Made by a program: the position numbers and the translations under genes | Notes under the pieces: model-generated | What the model was told of the DNA's origin: nothing | Database searches by the model: none | The model's input: the letters and a program-made list of their open reading frames with translations, nothing else | Assembly: GCA_024137785.1 (NCBI GenBank) | Contig: JAHRHZ010000107.1 | Span: 62,001 to 126,000, forward strand | Length of the DNA: 64,000 bases | Direction of reading: 5' to 3' | From: Ginglymostoma cirratum | Lineage: Eukaryota | In this document: one piece after another, positions 13,740 to 27,024 of the stretch | How the letters are laid out: each line of letters starts with the position of its first letter | How positions within the stretch are numbered: position 1 is the first letter of the stretch

Positions 13740-14122
13740 TCAGTCAAATGCAACCTCCCAAGGTTTATCTCCTGCATCCATCGACGGACGAGATTGACAC
13801 TGAGAATTCGGCTACCCTGATGTGTCTAGCCACCAACTTTTACCCAGCTGAGATTTACGTTGGTTGGATGGCAAATGACACTCTTTTGGATTCTGGGTAC
13901 CGGACCCAAGTAGACAGCGAGAAGGGGAATGGTTCCAGCTTCGTTACCAGCAGATTGAGACTCACAGTGGCTGAATGGAACAGTGACACAACTTACTCCT
14001 GCTTAGTGGGACACCCGTCCCTAAACCGGGATTTAATCAGAAGTACAAATAAATCTCACGGTAAACCGTCGTTAGTTAATGTTTCAGTCGTACTAAGCGA
14101 CACTGTTAAATCCTGCACATAA
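13740..14122 (+). CDS. IgNAR: IgNAR C5 exon with secretory tailpiece (C5 13740-14060; tail 14061-14122)
   Basis: Acceptor ttgcag|TC; (V)SQMQPPKVYLLHPSTDEIDTENSATLMCLATNFYP...YSCLVGHPSLNRDLIRSTNKSH then GKPSLVNVSVVLSDTVKSCT*. Internal donor CACG|gtaaac at 14061 for the membrane form; tail has the N-V-S sequon and penultimate Cys. Confidence 0.97.
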
Positions 14123-14179
14123 TTTGTTGTGATTGATGGTTTGTTTTCCATAGATAGGTTAATGTTGTTCTTGCGAAAA

Positions 14180-14451
14180 AATAAAAACCTGTTTAAGCCA
14201 CTGAACAAAGGCATTTCAATTCATTGCACGCAATAGTCACATTTCCGATCAGTGAACACTTCTGGAAAAAGAAAATAGCCATTGTTTCAAATTCTATATG
14301 TTGGTGAAAGATAATTATTGTTAGATACTGAAATGCAAGTGCAACATTGCCAGTGTAATCGTTCTGAAGATAACTTGAAGCTTTCACTCCGGTATTGAAA
14401 GAACAGGAAGTTATGTTTCAGTCTGTATGTGGCTCCAATAATTGCAATAAA
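14180..14451 (+). terminator. Secretory-form polyadenylation signals (AATAAA at 14180-14185 and 14446-14451)
   Basis: Two AATAAA hexamers downstream of the secretory stop; the distal one has a homologous counterpart in the pseudogene (41278-41283). Confidence 0.65.
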
Positions 14452-15904
14452 TGCAGAATGAAAACTTTCTGACTTACTTATTCTTGGTTTGCATATATAA
14501 TACTTTCAGAAAGATGATTTAGACCATGATTGAAGTGTGTGCGATATTCAATTTTGATGCACCAGCACGGCAGCCTTTTGACACTTGCAGAATTTTATAT
14601 CCGCTCGGGTTGCCACTGATTAAGTCATACTTATCCTAACCGTTTTGGACATCAATCCTCCGTTATATTTGGACTGTGGAGTATCTAGTTGTTGAACGGA
14701 ATGACTGAAGTTCAGATGGTGTCAACTTATTTAGTATGACAATCGGTCATCCAAATTGCTCTGACCTTCACTTAACCAGCTTTGCCAATTATTCTACTGC
14801 AGTGACGATGAATTCTAGCCCACAACTTTAGTGTTGCATCCCCACAAGCATCTATGCTTGAGCCCTCATCCAGTCGAGCCGACAATCAGGCTCCGATGAA
14901 TATCATGCGAACTCAGACTCCATTTCGACACTGATATCACATAATTCTCTCTCACAATCGCCTGTTTCTTCTCTCTGTGTATGTCCAATACCTATTCAGA
15001 TGTGAACACACAATAAAATAGCGCAGAATCCAAAAACATTGTCCTCAATTCTGACAACAAACCCAGGACGTGACTCATCCATACCAATGAGCTCGTTAGG
15101 CATTTTCTATTGGAAGAGGTTTTCTTTTCTGACTTGACATTCTACTTAATTGTAGTGAATGTCCAAGCCTATCGCTCAACCCGACAGATGGTTGCTATTT
15201 CTTCTGGTTTATCTGCTTTCTACACGCTCAGCCACTCCTATCGTGCCTTTTGACCTGACTGTTTAGCCTCTCGTTGTCTTCTGTACATCTTCCACTCTAC
15301 ACAGTCTTAAATTGACACAAAGCTCAGTTACATAGCATACAAATTCGCTGCAGTTCCCATTAATTCATCACCACCATACTCACTGAACCACTCTCAACAA
15401 TGTCCGTGAATGTTTCCCTGACAAAAATATTCCTGACTTATCCAAATTCCTCCAATTCCTCATCCATCATTATTGATGTGATCCCGTCCCACATTGCTTG
15501 AACCAATCCTTCTGTACCCATGCTGTTCCAGACTGTAACGCATTCTGAATTTTACTGCCACCATCATGTCCATCCAAGGACATTCAGTTCTCCAAATTGG
15601 TGATTGTCCAGCCTTACCTTCACTGAACCAGCCTTGCTAAATATTCAAACACAGTGATGTCTAATCCACTCGCACAGTATCACTACTGCATCCCCACAAG
15701 ACATTGTGCTTCGAATCTCATCGATGTAAAACCTGCACTCTGTCTCTGACTAATGATGCGAATTCGGAGTCCATCTACACAATGAAAATATAGACTTGCA
15801 GTATTCTAATGGATCCAAATCTATGATCGTTTAGCTGATCCATTCGTTTCTGTAATGGCCTTATGGTATTTACAACCTGTGTCCCAAGCAGATCATTTTA
15901 AAGG

Positions 15905-16104
15905 TATCAGCAGGTCTAGCAGCATTTGTGGAGAACATTTCTGGTCGAGTGACCTTCTTCAGAACCTCTGAGGAAGGGTCACTGGACCCGAAACTTAATC
16001 CCTGATTTCTGTCCACAGATGCTGCCAGATGTGCTGAACTTTTCCAGCCACTTCTGATTTCGTTTCAGACTTACATCATTCGCAGAATTTTTGACTTTTA
16101 TTTT
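15905..16104. mobile_element. Head-to-head inverted pair of short Penelope-terminus repeats, family B
   Basis: Minus copy ending ...gaccttcttcagaac abuts plus copy CTGAGGAAGGGTCACTGGACCCGAAAC...CACAGATGCTGCCAGA... Confidence 0.8.
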
Positions 16105-18004
16105 AATGATTATGCTGAACTTTCGCACACAACAAGGTGAAACCAATGGAGCAGTCAGGGTAATTAGTTGGCAGGATGGTGTCCAGGTTGTCCTGCACCT
16201 CCTGCCCTTCTTCCCCCAGAAGACCTCCATTTTAAAATGGCGGATGAAATTCTTTTGCAAAAATTCTGCTACATTCAGAATCGACAAGGCACAAATTTCG
16301 CGTTGACCATTCTGATCTCAGTTTATTTTACGGCAGGTGTGCTGAATAGTTTACAAGGAAGGAATACAAAGGAATGTAGTTCTGAAATTTATGCATGGTC
16401 ATGAAAGGCTACACCAGTAGTGAGGTACGAGATAGCACGCTCAGGTCATCTACTTTGGTGAACATACATGTCTGACCCGCTGTTCGTGAAGGTGATGAAG
16501 CTTTGGACATTTAGCAGTTGTCGCTGTTCCATGACATGAGCTATTTATTGCCAGTGGATTGTATTTCCGAGTGAGAAACCTCGGTTTGCTCTTCTGTGTG
16601 AAATCTTTCCATGCTGCAGAGCAATTCTGTGAGTAGATAAGTCTGTTAAAATTGAATTGATAATGGTTTGTGCTGGATTGGTGACTGCAGAGTCGATCTT
16701 CGGTTGGCTATTCTGTGTATCCTTATGTAACGCTGTCTCTGAATGGGAAAATATTTATAATGTGGTATCTATCCATGTCGTGTCTGTTTCATTAAATTAG
16801 AGAAACACAGATCGCCCCACAAGCTCATACTGGTGGAAGTGTCAGTCAGTAGAATGGATTGCTTCGGCCATGTCATGAGGTATCTAAACATGTTAGGCAC
16901 TGCCTGTCAATTGCAGAATGATGCTGCTTCTGGAATTGTAATCTGTGTATGCACAGTCTTGTGTGATTCACGAATGAAACAAATCGCTAAGCTATTGTGT
17001 GTAATATCTGATCATGGACAAAAGTATCTCGTTTTTTGAAGGATCAGTGGCTTTACTTGCTGGAGTTCGTTGGTGAACTGTATAATTTACCATACTATGT
17101 GAGCTATTTGAAGCACACCTTGTGGATTAGGCAGATCCATAAAAAAGAGGTTCGGGAATTGCCTTCTCTCTTCTTCTCAAGTCCTCGATCAGCAACCACA
17201 GTGCCAAAATATTTGCCTCTTGCCATCTGAACTCCATCATATTTCACTGTCTATTCCTTGCTAACTCGAAGCTAACTCATGTAACTCACTGAAGTCCTGA
17301 TATGAATTATACACAAATAAATTAAAATTCCGTGCTTTTGTATTGAGATGAATGCCAGATGCAGCCGCTGTTGACAATCTTTTGCAGATCAATTCAACCT
17401 GGAATGGCAGTGATAGACTGAGATCCTGAATGTGACCAGCGAATTCATATGTGAAAAAGTTTAGTCAGTGCAACACGTCTGCATTCATGATTGTATTGGA
17501 TGAAAAAAACCCAACTGCCCGAATACATTACGAGCATTAATTTCTCCGCATGAACGAGACTGATGTGAATTCAAGAATTCTTGATCGCGGATATTATACT
17601 GGCATTAATTAAGATTTAGTTAATTTGAAGAAAACACAATCAGTCTCAGTACAATAAACAATCTGTCATTCTATAGTTCGAGACTTGTTACAAGTGAGAT
17701 ATCTCAAGGAACAACACTTGTGCACGCGTTATTCATAATCTATGTCAATGACAATGATGACACAATGTGATACATTCAGCATGATGAGTGGAATTTATCT
17801 TTTTTTGTTGTGATGAGAATGCGAGGAGGCTCCAAGCTGATATGGACAACCTGATGTCTGGGCAAGAAGAGAGCAGATGCATTATTTTGTAGATTATGTG
17901 TGAGGTTATCGACTGTGGTACGACAACCTGAGATAAGGAATATTTCTTCAAGGCCAAGAGATTGGGAATTGTTGGTGCTCATAGGAACTTGTAAATCCGA
18001 ATAG

Positions 18005-18820
18005 ATTAGTAATTGGAAGCTAACACATATAAGAATGAGATAGAGTGCTTAGAGGTATGGAATACAGACAACAATCTCTCCATCAATGTCAACAAAATGA
18101 AGGAGCTGACCATTGACTTGAGGAAGCAGAGTAAACGGCGCGCCCCTGTCTGCATCAGTAGTGCTGAGGTGGAGAAGTTTGAAAGCGTCAAGGTTCCAGG
18201 AGTGGTGTCCACCAACAATCTATCCTGGTTCACTCACGTCGAATGAATGACCAAGAAATCACAACAATATCTCTACTTCCTCAGGACACGAAGAAAATTC
18301 GATATTTCCACAAGGACTCAAATGAAATTTTACAAATGCACCATCGAACGCATTATACCTGGACGCATCACAGCTCAGTTTGGAAACTACTCTTCCCACG
18401 ACCGGAAGAAACCAGAAGAGTCGTGAGCACAGCCCAGCCTTCCATCCATTGACTTCATCTATACTTCTTTCTACCTCGGGAAAGCAACCGATGTAATCAA
18501 AGACCACTCTCATCTCTGTCATACTCTCTTGCAACCTGTTCCATCGATTAGAAAGTATAAAAGTTTGCATACATGTACGAATAGATTCAAGAAAACTTTC
18601 TTCCCCACTGCTCTTGGACTTCTGAATGGAACTCTCAAAATTTTAAATTAAATTTGGTCACTCCCTCTGGATCTTATCTGCAGCCATAGCAATTTATTTT
18701 TGCTCCATTTGATGACCCTATATTCTTTGTACAATACGATCTGCCTGTACTGCACGCAAAACAAAACAATGCACTGTACTTAGATACAGATGACAACAAT
18801 GAAACGAATCAAATCAAAAT
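18005..18820 (+). mobile_element. Rex1/Babar-like LINE 3' part
   Basis: YKNEIECLEVW..DNNLSINVNKMKELTIDLRK...VEKFESVKVPGV..NNLSW, then QYLYFLR.RKF...FYKCTIERI; 3' end cactgtac...gatgacaac and (AATCA)n tail. Confidence 0.8.
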
Positions 18821-19059
18821 GAAAAGTAAGCAATGAAGAAAGTCGATGTTTTAAGGACATTCATTGCAAGAAAAATTTGAACACATTCGTGTATCTTGAT
18901 TCAAATTTGCAGTTTTCATAAAATTGCACCAAAAAAAGTACACAATCTTCCTTCCACTTAAATAAGCATACACTTTCCTTCAGATGAAGTACAACAGACA
19001 TCTGGTTCTCAAATTTGCGCGATGGTAGCTTTGTCTTTTGATAAGAGATTGAAGATGCT

Positions 19060-20120
19060 GGATCCATAGGCTCAGCAAATGGAACAATGAGAGATTATAT
19101 CATGCATTAAGCATGTTCAAGACAGTGTACGATTCATTTCTCGATGCTAATGACATTGGTAGAAATGTCGATACATAGGAAAATAGCACGAAGTAAATGA
19201 TCAGCCACCATACAGAATGGTGAATCAGTCTCAAGGGGCTGAGTGGTCTGCTTCCCCTCCTATGTTTCGATGTTCCTATGGTCACAACAGCAGAAATCTA
19301 CAAAATCCAAGATCACATTAGCAAAATGGAGATCAGGAAAGCAAAGACAAGATGCAGGTGAAGAAAAGCTGGAAAAGTCAACGAATACCTAAATCTTGGC
19401 GTTTTTTAAGATGATGCAGTTAATAAAGAAAGTGCTGGGTCTCAGAGAAATGGGCATCATAAGGTTCTTACAAAATAATTTGTCTTCACAAAGGAGAGAG
19501 TTGACACAGACAATGTAATTAAGAAGGATTACAGTAAAATATGAGACAAAATAATAATGAAAAAGAAAGCAATGGGAAGTCTAACCTCCTTGAAAGCGTA
19601 TAAATGTCTCGTGGTAAAAGGATACCAGTGAGGAAATAACAGATGCTCAAAGGATAACTTATCAATTCTCACGAGATGCATGTGAGGTACCACATAATTA
19701 GAAGTCAAACATTGTTCGAGTATCTGAAGTGTTTTGACAGTGGGCCATATAGTAATAGGCCCGTTCGTTTCAACTCCACGGAGGGCAAGTTAAGAGAATC
19801 AGTATTTCGAGATCAGATGTAATGCCTCGAAAAAAAAGAAATGGACAAATCAGAGAAAATTTACATGAATTTGTGAAGTGCATATTGTATCCTACGAAGT
19901 TAACTGATTGTTTTGGTGCGGTAGGAACAAAGTGATTCATGGAGATAGTTCTGTGGGTGACGTCTAAATAGACATCGTGAGGTGATGGACGAGGTCCAAC
20001 GTGGAAGACTCTTCAGAAAAATTAAGCCCCTGGGATACAGGCGAATGTGACAAGTTTGGATACAAAACTATGTCATCGAAAGGAAGCAAATGTTAATACT
20101 GGAGAATTTGTTTTTGTGTG
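19060..20120 (+). mobile_element. Decayed CR1-like LINE fragments
   Basis: 3'-UTR-like ggggctgagtggtctgcttcccctcctatgtttc at 19235-19285 and eroded RT segments at 19370-20110. Confidence 0.5.
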
Positions 20121-20452
20121 TAAAATCCACATCTAAACTACATCTATGAAATTTCTGTTATCCGCACATTTGATCGCATTTTCAAAAAAATTCAAAAAAT
20201 TGTTAGGTACGACGTCACTCTGACAAAGCCGCGCTGACTATTGACTGCCCTCTTTTGCTTGTTCTCACAATTATGCCACTGTGTCATGAATATCCCATGA
20301 TAGAGCATTAATTCCATTTTCAAGTTCACTCAGTCGAAAAATAAATGTGTCATATCTCTCATAATTGCCAGTTCCACTGTCGCCTGGAACCTTTGTTGAG
20401 ATTATTTTCTCAATGTGGCTAATTTATAACAATATTCATCTTTTGATTGCAG

Positions 20453-20610
20453 ACACCCCTGAAATAATGGAAAGCCTGGAAGACTATGGCACAGAAGAAG
20501 ACGAACTAGAAAATGTCAATGAAGATGCCAACAGTTCAATATCCATCATGACTTTCGTGATCTTGTTTATTCTCAGTATGCTGTACAGCACGTTTGTAAC
20601 TGTGCTTAAG
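20453..20610 (+). CDS. IgNAR: IgNAR transmembrane exon TM1
   Basis: Acceptor ttgcag|AC, donor AAG|gtaata at 20611. Acidic spacer (D)TPEIMESLEDYGTEEDELENVNEDANSS then ISIMTFVILFILSMLYSTFVTVLK, carrying the antigen-receptor TM (CART) motif TF..LF.LS..YST.VT. Confidence 0.95.
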
Positions 20611-21734
20611 GTAATAACACATTTCAATAACAATGCATCCAGAGCTGAGATGTTGCTAATCTTCACCTCGTAATGCATATATTTTACTGAAGAATAGAGG
20701 CTCCGATACAACAGAATTAATTTGGACTTGACGGATTAACTATCTTCTTGAATATACCTCCTAGATAGAATGATTGCACAGAAGAATGAATGCAAACATA
20801 AAATACTGTGGTATTTAGAAACAAAAATATGTCAGTTTTGAGATAATGCTTAATTGTTAGCTTTGGCTCAAAGCAGGACATAATACAGGGTAAAAATGAT
20901 TTCGTTCGTACTTATTGATAATCAACCAGGTACTGTGAATCATATTGAGACAAGAGGGTATGAAGGAAACAAACGGATTGAAAAGAGATCACAAATAACG
21001 GTTTTGAAATGATTCAGCATCTCTGTGATGGAATGAGGAAAACATTAGTTAATGAAGGATCAGCGACAGATCATAGTGAAGATACTGAGAAAGGTTGGGT
21101 CTGTTTGCATACAAAAATGAGAGGCGAATTTATTTGTAACATGCAAGGTTTTTTCCAGGACTTGGCCGGATAGATGCTGAAAACTCTTTGTCTTGGAGGG
21201 AGAGTCATAGGTCATGAAACACAGAAGAGGAACTTAGACCCATCGAGTCTGCACTGACCTAAATACTCCAATCCCGCCTTCCAGCATTTGCATTGAATGT
21301 TATGATAATTGAAGTGCTCATCGACGTTCATATCAAAGGCCAACTCCCTTCCCAGGCTGTGCATTCAAGATTCCTATCACTGTCTGGATGAACAACTATT
21401 GCCTCAGATTCACCCTGACCCACCCGCCCTTCACTTCACATTAATGTCCCTTGCTCATTGACCGTTCAACTATGGGAAACAATAGTTTCTTAACTACCCT
21501 GTCCATGCCGCACATAATCATATCCAGCTCAACTACGTCCCCCATCTGTTTTCTCTTGTCAGGAAACATACAGCCAATCTTCCTAATTAGAATGCTTTGG
21601 GTGTCGTGAATCTCTTTGACACTCCCTCTATTGCAACCACAACCTTCCGATTGTTTGGCGAGCAGAACTACACACAGTTATCTGCTGTGGCCTTATAAAA
21701 GTTTTGTATTCCTGCAGTATAACCGTTCTGGTCA

Positions 21735-21754
21735 TAACCCTAACCCTAACCCTA
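21735..21754 (-). repeat. Short telomere-like repeat (TAACCC)3
   Basis: taaccctaaccctaacccta. Confidence 0.7.
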
Positions 21755-22340
21755 TACAAGAAATATTGATAAAGGTGAGTGTCCAGCCGATTAATTGGAA
21801 AAAATGTGGCCAACAACATCTGCACAATGTTGAGAATGCGAATTCAATATCTCCAGCATCCTCTATGTGAGGAAATATTTCATCACATCTCTCCTAACAG
21901 GTTAACGTTAATTATGTTATTATCCCTCACAGTTGTGTAGTCTGTGATCAACAATATCGTTATCATCATCAGATGATGAGATGTCGTTACTACGTCAATA
22001 CATCAGTTTCATCCATCACAAGAATTGTCTTATTTCACTGCATTTCTCTAAGAGCTAATTTCAGCCACCTTGAATAATTTATCTTTGTCAGAACTTCAGC
22101 CTAATCCCTGCAAACAACCCTCATACGTTTCAGATATTTAGGAACTGTATCGTTCTGGTGACTCTGTGTTTTGGAGAATTTATGACAAATGTATCCACCT
22201 TGCAGTGTGGTCTGTCGAGCCAAACACAAAATTAAGACTTGTTTGTAATTATAACAGAATGTCTCGCTCTTTGCGTGTCACACATACAGCCTTGAATTCG
22301 AAAACTGCGTTTTGTTCATCAAAAATGAACAAATACAGAC

Positions 22341-22475
22341 GTTCTGAAGAAAGGTCCCTGCACCCAAAGCGTTAACGCTGCTTTCTCTCCACAGATGTTG
22401 CCAGACTCGCTGAGTTTTTCCAGAAATTTCTGTTTTAGTTTCAGATTTCCAGTAGCCACACTTATTTAGTTTTCT
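22341..22475 (+). mobile_element. Short Penelope-terminus repeat, family B (TM1-TM2 intron)
   Basis: GTTCTGAAGAAAGGTCCCTGCACCCAAAGCGTTAAC...CACAGATGTTGCCAGAC... Confidence 0.75.
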
Positions 22476-23385
22476 TGATTGATGAGAATGTTTCGTCTGA
22501 GAAATATAATTCTTGCATTCCAGCCATATGTTTTGCGAGTAGCTGAAAACCTCATTTCATAAGACACCTGATTAAGTAAGAGAAGATGCTTCATATTTTT
22601 TCGAAAGGTTTAAGGAACATGCAAGAGCCTTTTTGCATTTTATTTTTAATCGCTTGTGTATTGAATATCCCACACAGACATAAGTTGTCATCTGTTGATG
22701 TATTTTTCAGCAAAACAAGTTTTGCTGGAATTTCTGGCCCTAATTTTCGAAATTTAATTCTCAACAGTTTGTAATTATATGCTGCAGGGTGTGTTGCTTC
22801 GTTTTTTTCATTAACTGGCCTCAGAAACACGTTATTCCCCCACCTTTTCTGCAACCAGTAATCAAATTGTCAACTGCAACCCCGGTTTTCATTCAACGAT
22901 TTCAAGTGACACGCCAATTGCAGGATCGTGGTGTAGAGTGAAAATTAATTCAATTAATTTACGAACAGGAATTTATAATTTGTTGATGTTTATAAATCCA
23001 ATTTGCTCTGTGTTTGGCAACGGTAGATGACCTGACATTAGCCCGCATGGGCCTTGATCGACTTTTATTTCCTTCTTCTCATTTGATCTGCTGAATTTCT
23101 AGAAAAGTTCTCTCTACTTGCTTTGCTTCTAAACTTTATCTTCTGTGAAAACTTGAATCTCAGCTCCATTCGTCTTTCTTCCAAGTCCAGATTGTTCTTT
23201 GTCCTTTGCATACTTGAAGAAACATGTGACCAGTGTTGAGCCTACCTCTGCATAAGCTTTGGTCAGCCATTTCCAGATCATAAATCAGACCTCTTGCTTT
23301 CATAGCGAAAATCTGGCTTTTTTGCATATGCAATATTGATCGTGTTTATATATTTTATTTAAGTCATTTTTTTTTTCCCCTGCAG

Positions 23386-23394
23386 GTGAGCTGA
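23386..23394 (+). CDS. IgNAR: IgNAR TM2 exon coding part (Val-Ser-stop), followed by 3' UTR
   Basis: Strong polypyrimidine acceptor ttttttttttcccctgcag|GTG AGC TGA, in phase 0 with TM1, giving a K-V-S cytoplasmic tail analogous to the IgM KVK. Candidate AATAAA at 24180-24185. Confidence 0.8.
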   Translation: MS

Positions 23395-26300
23395 CCACTA
23401 CTGTTGAAGACAAATGCATTTGTTTTCATGGCAATCATATGACTGAAACCCCATTAGATACTGATCGCAAATGGAACTGAATTTACTTTTCCTCTCAACC
23501 ATATCAGCTGTTCCATGGCATTACTTCAGCGTGTGTTCCTTCGTGTTCTCAACTTCGGAATGAGAACTGCTTGCACGTTTTCAGTCATAAGCATTTGTAC
23601 TTGCATTTATTTTTTAGCTGTTAGTTTTCAAGAAATCTCGTGTAACTGCTACAAACTGAGGAAATTACACATCCACAATTACATAACCTCAATGTAACTC
23701 TTGGAAATTTGCCACGTGTCAGTATAACATTTTTAAAAATGGAGACGTGTCCTATGTAACTGACCTGTTATAGATTTGTGCAATATAACTTTGAGACAGT
23801 AATCAGATAAACTTTCTTAACAGATCCAGTAGACAGGCTGTCAAACATATAATTTTTACCCAAGAGCATTGGGTAGATAAAAGCCCATTGATTTCACAAG
23901 AGGTTTCATTCACTCGTATAGAAGAAAAATACATCATCCAAAAATTGCGTAGAAAAATTTGGAAATATACCTACAAGTGTGAACTTTCTTCCCACCACTG
24001 TTATTATTAATAACCTGACTGTACAAGCCGAAGTTTTCCCCTGCTTGGCATCTTTATTTGCTCAGTCGTGAAGCTACCAGTGTTCAATGTGAGTAATAAT
24101 TTCGTTTGCAAGAACCAGCAGAGGAAATGTTTGAGAATATCTTCAGTTTGTCACTGCATACATAGCCCAGACAACACTTAATAAAAGGTCATGTGTTACA
24201 TCCAATTTGATTACATCGTGACATAGTCTCAGGATTTCACACTCTCGTAGAAATCTTATAAATACTATTTACTGCTATTACTATCAGCAATCGCCTTGAG
24301 AGATTATCGTGGCCTCTTTTCTTTATCCACTACAATCTATGTCACGTAGAGGACTGCACAACACTTATACGCAGAAAAGTGTTGCAAATATGATTCCTTA
24401 TTTCAAACCATGTTTACGAATTCCCGTTAAATATGTCGTCAGAGAATAGTTTCCCCAAAGCAATTGCTGTAAGGGATATTTTCCAATATATGATGAAATG
24501 ATTCGCTGTCTCTCTCTACCAAAAAAAAGACAAAGCAAAGGCAAACCTACAACAGACGCTGTAACATCGCAATTAACTTTGAAATAGCAGATTTCGCTGC
24601 TGTCTATTGAACTGCAAATCTTCCAAGTTACTATGAAGGTGATTAGTTGTTAGAATAGAGAATAAATCTTGTTTTGAATGAGTCAGGGATTCATTCTTGA
24701 CAAGAATAGGTCATTCAACTGCTTGTGCCATTGTTGTATTTTGGAAAGCTTCTGTTTGTTGACTACCGTCACTCTGTTCCTATATGTATTTCCAAGCATT
24801 TGAATTAACTTCATTAAAAAAGACTATGATTCTTGTAATTTACAAAAACAAAAGTGTCAATAACTTTGGAAACTTGCAATAATTCCCCAAACTGTGTGAA
24901 TATAATGCTGCCATGGAGAAATTTAAATACGTCTCTGCCTTCAATGTTGCTGTTGTATTGTTATTTAGTTATTATCTTCATATTCTATCGACACAGAGGT
25001 GTGAAATGTAACTGTTATTATCTCCTTCATGTTGTCATTCATTCAAGTTTTGCTGAAATCCTGGTCTTAAATCAAGCACGTGCTTTCAAAATGCAATTTA
25101 TTTCAGTCTGTTCCAACGAGTACGTCAGTATTCGCCTCATATGTGGTGCTCCTTGAGCAAATAAAATCAAATGAATCATTTTGTAAACTGAGCAATCGGT
25201 GTTCAGAACCCTATTCATATACTTCCAATGTTTACTCATAGTAACAACCATCAGATTGAATCGCAACTCATTTCTGCAAAGTGGGCAGGATTGACAATAC
25301 CAGCTTTTATTGCCCATCTTCAATTCCTACTTGAGAGCTGACAGTGGCCTGTTTTCTTTATTCATTACAATCTATGTTACGTCGAGGACTGCACAAAACT
25401 GTCTGCTTGCATGTCAGCATAGTTCGTGAATTGAAGGGGAATTGGCAAGCGCTCATTGATCCAATGCATCGGATGACCTTGCACTTCCAGAGAGTAGAGC
25501 AATGTCATTCAGAATTTGCCACGCTGCAAAGCAGAGGCATAGAAAGCCATTGCGTCGGCGTCATGGATTTTGGCTGCCATCAGCATCCAGTCTTCAATTC
25601 TTCTTTCTTCATGAAAGACAGAAATCATTATATCTATCTGTATTGAATTGGTAGTTCTATTCAGTAATGAATGAACCAATTACTAAAAAATAATTATCAG
25701 ATCTTCATGCCTTGGTACTGGATAATATGGATCGTGCTGAATTAATTATTTTACTTTTTAGCAGTGAAATTGGGCTTATTGTTGCAAGAAGGCAGAGGTT
25801 TGAAACTGCAGTGTGTAAATCCTGAATTCTGTAATTCCTGAAGGGCCAGATCAATAAAAGTGGCCTCAGTTGAGATGCCACGATTCCAGGGATGACATTT
25901 AAAATTATTTTTAAAATGCCTTTCAAGCAATCTCCTAAGACGTCATGCCAAAATATTACTGCAATTAGCCACATTGTCAATTTTCAGTGGCACAAAACAA
26001 GGAAGTTTGATAGTCCAAAGATTTCTTGACACACTTAAAAGCTCATTCTTAATGCAATCCCTTGTTTCATTATGTCTACAGTTTTTAGGTAGGCCTTACT
26101 TTGCTGCTTTCGACGTCCTACCAGTTTACAACAACATCTGCATTTCATGCAGTCCCTGGACATTGCAAATGACCCAAAGGCTCTTGAACGGAAGCCTTAA
26201 GAGACAGAAAATGATATCACCCTCCAAAATCAGATTTGTGTCAGTAATTTACAACAATTATTCGCTATACATTCAAGCATGATCGAAAGTTGTGGGAAAA

Positions 26301-27024
26301 GGCCAAAGCGATCTTTCATCAACATTTCCTGCAAGCAAAATCTTCAACATTTTACATGAAATGGCTTCACTCCCTGTCATGTTTTAGAAAATACGGATAG
26401 AGGTGACATAATATTGAATTCCACTAAGTGATTTTGATACCCTGCAGTGTCCAAGAACACACGTGCAAAACAACTAAATGTGTAATATTAGTTTCAATAG
26501 CCTGAAATCAACGCAAATAAATTCAAGGAACAATGAGATTGAATCCACCGAGCAATCTCCCTGATTGCTGTTATGGTCATATCATGCTAGTCTTTGGCAG
26601 ATTTCAAAACCCTGCTTCTTATCAATCACAGAAAACAAAAGAAAACCTGCCAACAAATCTTCCTTGTATCAGTTCTTTCACATTTATAGCATTCAATCTG
26701 ACCAATTCAATTGGATACTACAGGAGTGAAACTCAATTGAAGTTATTCAGCTTTTTATCTCAGGAGATACCTTAAGCCACAAGCTTTCCATACTTCGACA
26801 ATCAGCCAAATTTAATGGATTTCCACGCGGAACATTACACGTTGCAGCATGGCTAGGAATCAGTTTATACTTGGTTGTGATGGTACACTCCTGTAAAGAA
26901 GAATTAGTTAATGTCACAGCATTTCTCTCCACTTAGAGACTAACGTTTGCCATTACATGTCTGAGGAAGACGGAAGGCATCTCAGATTGCATCGACGGTA
27001 CTTCTGTTCACTAACATCGCAAAT

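Noticed and set aside
23383-23391. CAG|GTGAG as a recursive (zero-length) splice site
   Set aside because: Explained by the Val codon that begins Ig TM2 exons.
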